Of a DNA stretch of 32,000 nt, positions 9,149-19,377 are shown piece by piece. The notes below the pieces were generated by a model, which had not been told where the DNA came from, made no database searches, and worked only from the letters and a program-made list of their open reading frames with translations. The stretch covers positions 1 through 32,000 of the forward strand of contig BAAFSQ010000079.1 in assembly GCA_054661495.1 (NCBI GenBank). Reading direction: 5' to 3'. Position numbers and translations under genes: made by a program. Position 1 is the stretch's first letter. Each line of letters begins with the position of its first letter. The DNA comes from Zygophlyctis sp. KS116 (lineage: Eukaryota; Fungi; Chytridiomycota).

Positions 9149-12100
9149 ATGGAAGTTTCTGACATTGCTGAATGCATCGATGTCCCTGGGACTCTTATTG
9201 AAAGATGCTCTAAACAGCTTCCATACACTTTTTTAGGATCGAAATGCTTGATCGCTCTAGGACATGAGAATTCCTCAAAAGATTCTGCTTCTAAATCTTG
9301 GGCTCAGTCAGTAAAGGAACTGGATATTCCTGAGACTCCGCATATATTCTCAATGTCATCCAATGCATATTTAGATATGACTAGATCAGAAAGAGATCAA
9401 TCTATACTTTTGGTGTAAGATGAATTAATTAACTGTAAGGGGAGAATCAGGATCAGGAAAGTCGATTTCCAGAAAATTACTCATTAAAAATATGTGTGAT
9501 CTTGGAAGACCAGTCAATGCTAAAAAGAAAACTAAAATTCATAGTAGGATTTTAAAAGTAGATTCTATACTTTCTGCATTTGGACATGGAGCTAATTCAA
9601 ATAATCCAAATGCAACTTGCTTTATTCCATACTTTGAATTTCAATTTAATTCTCACGGAGAGATTGTAGGAATGAAGACTATAGATTATCTTTTGGATAA
9701 ATCGAGAGTTACAGGTGCAGAAGACGGTGGACGGAATTTTCATATTTTCAATGATTTGTTTGATGATTTGACACCTCAAGATAAAAACGAACTTGGTTTA
9801 ACTGATCCAGCTCATTTTACTTATACTTCTGGATCTCTTCGGGTTTTAGGGCCCGGAGACAGAGGAGGAGTCTTGACTGAACTCACTGAAGATCTTCACT
9901 CTGTAGGTATTGGAAAAAGAGAAACTTCTGCTATTTTTAGATTAATTGCTACCATTTTGCATTTAGGCAATATTTTCTTTATCAATAGTCCAAAAGTAGG
10001 AGAAGCTGCAGAGGTTAAAAACATGCAAAAACTTGAACAAGTTGCAGAGTTTTTAGGTCTGGTTCCAAATTACCTGCAATTTGTTTTGACTTACAGAATG
10101 AAGAAAATTGGAAAGGATTTTGTGGCTGAAAACTTGGATATGGACGGGGCTTGTCAGCAACGAGATGCTTTAGCTAGAGCTCTATATGCTGGTTTGTTCA
10201 GTTGGATTATTGAAAAAATCAACGATAAGCTCTGTCGTCCAGAAGCTGAATGGGTCAACTTTTTAAGTTTGCTGGATATTCCTGGAATTGTCGGGCTTAC
10301 CTCTGCAAAAAATGGACTTCAAAGATTATTGATCAATTACGCTAATGAGCGTCTTTTGAATAGTACATTTAAAAATTTGATTGGTGAATGGACTGATAAA
10401 TGTACTGCTCAAGAAATTCATCAAAATATCGATCGAGTAGAATTTGGTCGACAGGTCATTGATCTTTTTGATAGCCCTAGATATGGTATTCTTAATCTTA
10501 TTGATTCTGACACTGCTCGAGGGACTAATAGCATCGAGCTCTGTAGAAATATCATTCAACAAAATGAAGATTCTTCAGTCTTTCTTGATTCTCAGAACTC
10601 AAGCTATATGTTTGGAATTAAACATTACGTTGGAGTAATAGAGTATAACTGTAGCAAATTTATAGATTCAAATTCGGATATTTTACAAGGAGATTTTGTT
10701 AGTCTAATCAGAGGATCTCCTGAACAGACAGGAACTACAAATGTTTTTCTGCGTTCAGTATTTTCAGATCGTTTAATTTCAACTACAACGTCTGCTCGTG
10801 ATTCTTCGGTTGTAGTGGCTGCTAAAACTACAGATCGTTTCCCATCCATGAAAAGAAGAAAGTCTGCTACCTTGGAAACAAATGTTGTGCCTGCTACGAA
10901 TACTGTCGTAAATCAGGTACTTTTCCTCGGAATTTTAACATTAGTTCAAATCAAATTATGAAGAGCTATTATCCGCGATTTGTGAGACGAATATGTGGGC
11001 TATATTCCATATTAATAGAGGTTCCTCCCTTCATAGCAATAGAGTAGAAAATTCGACTGTCATTCACCAATCATCTTATTACAACTTCAATAATCTTAAA
11101 AATCATCCTGCCTTCAAATATATACATGAAGTTTCGCTGGAAAATTTGGATAAAAAATATGGAAAAAATTCTATGGATATTGATAAGAAAGAAATACTAG
11201 TGGGACGAAAACTTGCATTTTTGACTCAGAAGGCATGGCTCGATCTGCAAAAAACTGTAGAGAATCGCTTTAAAGAGGAGGAGATAATACAATATGCCCA
11301 ATCTGAGCATGATAGCGATACAGCTTCCCATTACGGATCAGAATTTGAAGTTTCTGGCCCAGGTCGTGGGCCTCATAAATATGAGAATACAGATCAGGAT
11401 GCTAAAATCGAACAGAAATTGAGACCTCTGCAAAATGAAGAGAGACCCAAAACTAGGCTCAGGAAAAATTGGCTCATGTTTGTTAGTCTTTCGACATTTT
11501 GTTTTCCGACTTTCTGTCTAAGGGCTTTTAAAATGCGAGAAAAAGAGAGACAAACCGCTTGGAGGGAAAAGGTGGCACTATGCTGGATAATTTTCTTGAT
11601 GAACGCATCTCTGCTCTTTTTGATTATTGGTACTGGTTGGCTTATTTGTCGACCGACACCACAGCTGTCTCCAGGTCAGATTTCAAGCTATAATAACTAT
11701 GATAATACTGCCTTAGTTTACATGTATGGGGTGTACTATTTGGCTTTTCCAAGTATTAGCGGAAAGATTCATCAGGATCAACAGAACAATAAAGAATTTT
11801 GGAAAACTGAAATTCTAGGGAGAGACGCATCCTTAATGTTTCCAAAGGATTTTTTCAGCGCATGGGGTGATTATTGGTAATTCATTAAATCAACTAATTT
11901 CTTAGTAAAGATTTCTCTAAGCCCCCTGGTTTCCAAATTGCTGGGGACAGGGCGATAAACGATGTTACTCAATATCTCCATAGAGATAATATCAAGGGCC
12001 TGATAAATTCTCTGCCAAGAAAAGGAACCGTAGTGTGGGATCAATGGACATTAAAAGAATGGATGGATAAAAATAATTACAGATTCTTAGTTCTATATGA

Positions 12101-14406
12101 TAGAGTCTATGATGTTTCCGGATTCTATTTTGGGCCGTATTCAGCATTAAAACAAAATTTCTTCGGAAGAAGAGTCCAAGAAATATTTGATGATGTATTA
12201 GCCAATTATAATCCGAATACAGATGGGAGTAATTTGGACGTCACTGCAGCATTTAATAAATTCAAAGCGGCAGACCGTGATGCATGGACCAAAGTCATGG
12301 ACTGCATGAATGGTCAAATGTATGTAGGGAAAGTAGATCATAGAAATGATCTTAGTTGTAAAATAGCTGATTATATTTTATTGGCGGCTTCTGTGATTCT
12401 CGTATCTGTGATCGGATTCAAATTTTTAGCAGCTCTACAGTGTTATTCTCCTTCACTTCCCGAAGAAAGTGATAAGTTTGCTATATGTCAAGTACCATGC
12501 TATACCGAAGGATATTCTTCATTAAAAGCTGCTATAAATACATTGGCAACGATGAAGTATGATGACAAACGCAAATTGCTATTTTTAATCTGCGACGGAA
12601 TGATTATCGGTGCAGGAAATGACCTTCCAACTCCTCGTATTGTTTTAGATATTTTAGGAGTTGATAAAAATATTGATCCGGAACCACTTGCATATAAATC
12701 TCTCGGCGAAGGAAGTATGCAGCTCAACTACGCTAAAGTTTATTCCGGGTTGTACGAATCTAATGGTCATACAGTTCCTTATATTGTTGTCGTCAAAGTT
12801 GGCAAGCCCAGCGAGAGACAGAAACCAGGAAATAGGTAGACGAAATATACTAATTTACTAGAGGAAAACGAGATTCTCAACTCATTTTAATGCAATTTTT
12901 ATCCAGAGTGCACCATAATCAGCCAATGTGTCCTCTCGACATGGAATTGTATCATCAAATGAAAAATGTGGTCGGTGTTGATCCTTCATTTTATGAATTT
13001 GTCCTTATGGTAGATGCAGATACGCAAGTGTCTCGTGATGCACTTAGTCGTTTGATTTCTCACATGAATCGTGACAAAAGGGTCGCTGGTACATGTGGAG
13101 AGACACGAATTTCTAATGAAAGAGCATCTTTCACATCAATGATTCAAATTTACGAGTATTTTATTTCGCATCATTTGGCCAAGGCGTTTGAGTCCTTGTT
13201 TTCAACTGTAACGTGCCTGCCTGGATGTTTTAGTATGTATCGAATCAAGTCTACTACAAAAAATGAACCAATTTTGACATCACCTGCTTTGATTCAAGAT
13301 TATGCTGAAAATCAAGTAGATACTCTGCATCTGCGTAATCTTCTTCATCTAGGTGAAGATCGATATCTGACTACCCTTATTCTCAAACACTTTCCTAATA
13401 TGAAAACGACGTTTACACCGGATGCCCTTTGCCTTACAAATGCTCCAGATAGATGGGGTATTCTTTTATCGCAGCGCCGAAGATGGATTAATTCTACTGT
13501 GCATAATTTGCTGGAACTCATGTATTTACGTGAATTATGTGGATTTTGTTGCTTTTCAATGCGTTTTGTGGTTTTCGTGGATCTGTTGGCGACTTTAGTA
13601 CAGCCTGCATCATTGATTTATATTGTTTATCTGATATTCTTTTATGTGATTGGGGAAAACGTGGGTTTAGATACACAAGTTCCAGTGATTTCTTTGATCC
13701 TAATCGGTGCGATTTATGGATTGCAAGTGGTCATTTTCTTATTTAGAAAGGAATGGCAGCATATTGGATGGATGGTATTTTATATTATTGCATCTCCATT
13801 ATTCGGATGTAAGTTCAATTCATTAAAATTTAAGTTTATATTCCATTATATTCATTTTGGCATTTTGATGATTTTTCATGGGGAAATACCAGACTTATTG
13901 TAGGAGGGAATGGGAAACAAGCGGAAGGCCCTGTAAAAGTTGAGCCAGTAAGAAATTTATCCATTAACGTTCAGTTTGATCCTAATACTGTTCCACTCCA
14001 AATGTTGAACGAGCAGGAAGCCATGGGTAAAATATCCGAGGATTGGGACGCTAAATCAGTGGCTTCATCGAAATTAAGTTATGTCATACGAGGAAACGAA
14101 ATGTTGGGCAAGATGCCTATTTCCTCTGTAGTAGGCGGGGCTGCATATACTCAATCAATTTCACCAGACCAACCCGACATGAGAAGACGAAGTTCTGATG
14201 AGAGGGAATCAGTCCAAGGCAAGCATATCCCTTCTGATGATGAATTGTTGAAGGAAATTCGACATATACTTTCTACAAGTGATTTGATGACTATCACAAA
14301 GAAAAAGGTACGCCAGCAGCTCTCAGAATTTTATGGTGTTGATCTATCATCTAAAAAACAATATATTCATGCTGCTATCGATTCAATCCTAAAAGGTGAA
14401 TTATGA
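9149..14406 (+). CDS. Chitin synthase with N-terminal myosin motor-like domain (class V/VII type), cytochrome-b5-like domain, GT2 core and DEK-C domain, about 1698 aa
   Basis: Introns 9415-9439, 10917-10944, 11877-11905, 12836-12861, 13809-13834 and 13948-13974. Motifs: P-loop [80 protein letters not shown], and DEK-C ([14 protein letters not shown]...GVDL). Confidence 0.97.
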
Positions 14407-15573
14407 AGATGGCCTGACTGAATTCATTAGGCTTTGATTTAATTCACGCAATACACTTCTTTCATCATTAAACGGATAGTCTCCTGAACTTTCCCAAACT
14501 ATTATGCCCTTGAGACCTTTTTCCCATACATACCGTGCCTTTTCAGAAACTGAACGTGGAGTGTCATAAGAATTCAAAATCTTCTTCTTGCTATCATAAG
14601 AATAAGATGCTTTTGCTTTATCATCCCAGCATTCAATTGCACCTGGACGAGGTAAACTTTTATAGTCACAAACACCATCTTCCCAAGATCGATCTTCAAC
14701 TACACCTGAACTGCCATTACCGATCCCTTTTGTATTTGCAAATCCTCTAGAATATAAAACAGCTCCAATAACTATTTTATCTGCAGGAACTCCTGCATCA
14801 AGATAAGCTTGAACAGCTCTATCAACTGACAATGGAGCATAAGAAGTTGAATACAAATTTGAATGATGCCCTGCTAGACATTGCCCCCAACTGGATGATG
14901 CAAAATCATAAGTCATGATATTTATAGCATCTAAATAGCAAACCATTTCTACCAGTGGAAGCGCGGTCATAAAACCTGGATTTCCAGTAGCACATGCAGT
15001 TATTTCCATTTTAGGAAAGTACTTTTCTAAGTTGACTCGCAGTAAATATAAAAATTGAACAAAATTAGAACCATCTTGAGGAGACGTAGAGTTCCCCTCA
15101 TTCCCATAATTTTTTCCAGGAGGACTTTTCTAAGATAATAATTGATACCTTAAATGTTCCCAATCTAAATCAACTGTATCAAATAGCCCAGGATTAGATT
15201 TTAAGATTTCCAATATTCCATTCACAAAGATCGATCGTTTATTTTCAGTAGAAACTGCATCTGAAAAATGCCTTGAAAGAGTCCAACCACCAATTGATAG
15301 TCCTAAATTAAAAGAAAATTCCTTCTTTGCAGCCTTTAGAGCCCCTAAATTCCCCTTGAATTTCCCAATTGGCTTCTCGAAATCCGCCCTGTCATTAATC
15401 CAATACTCGTACCACTGATCAGTAAAAACTGGAATCCAACCATCTCCCATAGGTTTTAAATCTAGAAAACAGTAATTAAGATGTGTGATTGCATGCAAAG
15501 GCAAATCATAAATCTGGAAATTACGATCATAAGTAGCCCAGTTTGTATGATAGACAACCAATCGTTTAGTCAT
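14401..15573 (-). CDS. GH18 chitinase, about 374 aa, no evident signal peptide
   Basis: VYHTNWATYDRNF, THLNYCF, LSIGGWT, catalytic FDTVDLDWE (DxxDxDxE), IMTYDF, SYDTPRSV..KA.YV...GLKGIIVWESSGD. Introns 15389-15412 and 15125-15148, both 24 nt. Confidence 0.95.
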
Positions 15574-15595
15574 TTCGGTAGGTGAAGGAAACAGA

Positions 15596-16290
15596 ATGAG
15601 CCTCAATTTGGATATTAATCAACTGAATCTGTCTCATTCAGTGACCGATTTATCACTCAATGCATCCAATCCAAAGATTGTAGTTCGAGGCCCATCGGGA
15701 TGTGGAAAGTCAACATTACTTAAAGCCATTGCTGGATTACTTCCCGTAGAATCTGGCGATATAAGAATAAACGGCAAGACTTTCTTTGAGATGGGATTGG
15801 CTTGGAGAGGCTCATATCTCTATGTTCCTCAATCGCCGCCTCAAATGACTGGAACACCATCAGATTTTGTTTTACTTATAAATCAAGTTCAAGTGCAAAA
15901 ATCAAGGCTTCAAGGAAAAGAAGAAACGCACAAGGAAATTGGACTAGAATTTGGATTAAGATTACATTTGGTAAATTATTATAATTCTTATAAAAGTGGG
16001 ATGAGAATTGGAATTCATTGTCGGGAGGAGAATCTCAAAGAATTTTATTGGCAATTGCATTGTCGAGAAATCCTGAAATGTTGCTTCTGGATGAGCCTAC
16101 AAGTGCTTTGGATGAGATCTCTAGGCTAAAGGTAGAGTATAGACTTAAAAGCATACCTTTTATTTGGATAACTCACGATCCATCTCAGGAAGAAAGGATT
16201 AATGCAGAATTTAGATTAACCATACATCAAGGAGGGGATTATATATTTGAGTCTATTCAGAAAGAGACAATTCTACCACAAATCCGATAG
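15596..16290 (+). CDS. Stand-alone ABC ATPase (NBD only; FetA/YbbL/STAR1-like), about 222 aa
   Basis: Walker [10 protein letters not shown]-loop YVPQ, signature LSGGE, Walker [12 protein letters not shown] and H-loop ITHD. One intron at 15971-15996. No transmembrane segments. The subfamily assignment is an inference. Confidence 0.88.
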
Positions 16291-17406
16291 TTACCTTTAC
16301 AAATTCCATTAAATGAGACCAGTTTATAACGTCAATTGTATCCAAGGGATCACCATTGGATTTTACTCGATCATTATATGGGAAAAAGTCCTAAATTGTT
16401 AATAAAAATGCAATATACTTCTTTTTTCCCTTCTATTAAAGCAGCAGCTTTATATCCATGTTTATACCATGCTGAATTGTCTGTACACGCATAACCACAA
16501 AAAGCAGTTGTGGATTTTTCCTGTGAATAATTCTCTACAACAAGATTTAAAAAAGCAGTAGAGTCTTTAGCAACATAGTCTGTCAACATTCCAATATGTG
16601 GAATAGAACCAGGTCTTACATAGCCTGTTTGATCCTATAAAATGTAAATGAGCCCTTTTTACCAAGTTCAAGTAAGTCAAGACATTAGTTTGAGCTTTAG
16701 AGTAAGCATTAGCTACTTCGTTAGATCCGTAAACTCCTTCTTCTTCGCCTGCATACCAATGAAATTCAATCGGACGCTTTGGAACAAAACCAGAAGCTAC
16801 TAGAACTCTCAAGGTTTCAAAAACTACACTAGATCCAGAAGCACAGTCATCTGCACCTGGATTTGGATTTGGTTCTGGAAGATGACTTCCATCTGTCACG
16901 TTTAATAAATGAAGTTTTACACGCTATTGTATCAAAATGAGACCCGGTAATCACAATATCTTTAGAGGTGGTCCATTTCGGTTCCAATCTAGCCAACACA
17001 GAAGGCTGACGTCTCCAAGTACTATTATATCAAAAATTGTATAAAATACTGATTAAAGAATCTCACTGTTAGTGAAACTTTTGGACTTAAAGATCCTTTT
17101 AATCCCAAAACTTGATCATACTATTCATTATCATAAAAACATTACAATCCATTCTGCTGCTTTGACTCCATTATCACTTTTAAAATAACGATCAGGAAAT
17201 TCAGTTAGTCTAGTTAAAAATGATGCCGTTTCTTCCACATCAGCCAAGGTCAACAGATTAGAAACCACAGACTGTTTTGATGTTCTTAAGGGGATTTCAC
17301 TGATCGTAGCAGGAGCATTTACAGACGCAACAACATGATTTCTCTGGACTGGTAAATCAGGTCTGATACATGAAACAACCAATAGATTAGCAAGAAATAG
17401 CAACAT
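16253..17406 (-). CDS. Secreted M28-family leucine aminopeptidase (Lap1-like), about 338 aa, 5 introns
   Basis: Hydrophobic N-terminus [13 protein letters not shown]; motifs [40 protein letters not shown] and [13 protein letters not shown]. Introns 17121-17145, 17022-17049, 16893-16920, 16635-16662 and 16391-16418. Stop TAG at 16253-16255. Confidence 0.92.
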
Positions 17407-17596
17407 TTTGAATTTTTCTAGTCTAAAGCAGATCACGAGCACTTGCATCAAGAATAAGCTGCTTTATATTGCGCTTATAATATACACTGGTACATATAAT
17501 GGTTACAAATGATATCCTAAAATCATCATCAAAAATATTAGATTAATAAACTCTCATCTTTCAGCAATTATTTTTATTATTAAATAACAACACTGT

Positions 17597-17650
17597 GGGC
17601 GTACCCGGTGCCGCAATTAAGGGGAACGGGCCGCACCTCTCCTTGCGGCA
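17597..17650. promoter_or_regulatory. GC-rich putative promoter element upstream of tyrosinase 1
   Basis: GC-rich patch in an AT-rich spacer: GCCGCA at 17610 and 17630, inverted TGCGGC at 17644, and CGGTGCC...GGGAAC shared with the region upstream of tyrosinase 2. Confidence 0.45.
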
Positions 17651-17667
17651 ATCTCACTAGAATCGAA

Positions 17668-19209
17668 ATGGCAAAGACTGAAAGATCTAAAAGAATTTTA
17701 TTTCTTTCTGGTATTTCAATTATACTTATACTTGGGGCGATCATAGCTGCTGTAATAGTGACAGGGGAAAGAAAAAAGGCTGATGATCATTCTAACGATC
17801 AGAGTTCTCAAGATTTGATTAACAATCCTAATATTTCTAATGCTTCTACTGTTTCTGCATTTCCTTTCGGACGAGATAGGAATTCTGGTTTAGTTTCATC
17901 GGAAGGAGCGGCTGCTTCATCTGAACTTGAAGCGTCTATAACTGGAACTACTGATGGGAATTCTGGATCTGGACCTTCAAAGGCTGAAAAATCTAACAGC
18001 CCCGCAACTTTGACTAGCTCAGTTTCTACAATTCCTAGAGCCACCGAAAGCTGTAAGAATCCAAGAATAAGAAAGGAATGGAGAGATTTGTCCAGTCAGG
18101 AACAATTAGACTATTTAGCTGCAGTAAATGGTTTGTTTAAAAAGCCTTCTCTGAAAGGATATGACAATAGGCATATGGACTTTGTTAAAGCTCATATTGA
18201 AAATAAGCATTTGGTTCACAATACTGTAAGTCCAGCGAGATTTAATTTTAGACAATTTTTATGCCTTGGCATAGACATTTTATTTTCCAATACGAAAAAG
18301 AATTACGATCTATTAATCCTAAAGTGTCTTTACCATATTGGGATTGGGGAATGGATTATGAAAATCCTGATAAGTCTCCTCTTTTTGACGATAACGCCTT
18401 TGGTGGTAGTGGTGACAAGACCACGCATTGTATTAATTCAGGTGCATTTGCTGGAATTCGAACTCAATTTTATGAGGGTCATTCTGATCCGCATTGTGTC
18501 AAAAGAGACTTTACGCTTAAGAATACGGTCACGACTCTGACAGCTCCGAGTGTGATGATGGGCTTGGCCCTTTACAAAGAATGTAATTTTACTTAAACTC
18601 AAAGAATTAGTTGAAAAGTTTTCATATTCATTTGAAGGATTACCACACGCCCTTGCTCATAACTTTATTAGTGGAGATATGATTACGAATCAGTCCCCGA
18701 GTGATCCAATGTTTTACCTGGTTCATGGAAATGTCGATCGATATTTTTCCATTTGGCAGGAAGAACATCCAGATAGCAAATTCCCTGGAAGTCTAGAGGA
18801 CAAATTACCGGCCTATGATACGCCTCTTTCAGTTCCATTTAAGTTGCCTAGAAAGTCATCTGACTATTGTTATTCATACTCAAACAAGGCAGCCCAAACT
18901 CATCGTAAAAGAGAATTAGAGCCTATAGTTCCTTCTAAAAACCACAACGTTTTATATCCATCTAAAGTACCAGTTTCGTTCACGAAAATGATGGGGGGAA
19001 GTCCAAAAAAAATACAAACATTACAAAATCAGTCAACCAAATTCATCGATTGTTTAAATAGAATCGGATTTGTCAGCCCTGCCGTTTCATATGCCTCAGA
19101 TAGACACTGGAAGAAATATAGAATTGAGAAAGGATCAACTTCACGATTTAAACAAGGGACCAAATCCCGACAGCATTTGGAAAGATGCTTACCTTTGCTC
19201 ATTTCTTAA
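17668..19209 (+). CDS. Tyrosinase (type-3 dicopper) with N-terminal membrane anchor and Ser/Thr-rich stalk, about 495 aa
   Basis: CKNPRIRKEWRDLS; CuA His residues in FVKAH...VHNTTIFMPWHR; LPYWDW; CuB PHALAH...SPSDPMFYLVHGNVDR; YCYSY. Introns 18226-18251 and 18583-18610. Confidence 0.93.
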
Positions 19210-19377
19210 TGAAATATTATGGATATTAGATATTAGAATAGACTTATTATGGTAGAGTTTTGTGTGTTTGTTGAGCTCAGGCTAGAATTACAAGTATGAA
19301 ACAAATAACCGTGAAACCGTTTCAGATCGGTGCCACAGGGAACACAAAATTTGTTGTTTCAGACCAACTTAATAATT

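Noticed and set aside
1446-14406. Fragmented ORFs as pseudogenes, programmed frameshifts or an alternative genetic code
   Set aside because: Every break is bridged by a GT-AG intron that restores conserved motifs. TAA, TAG and TGA all serve as normal stops, and I found no in-frame TGA needing selenocysteine.
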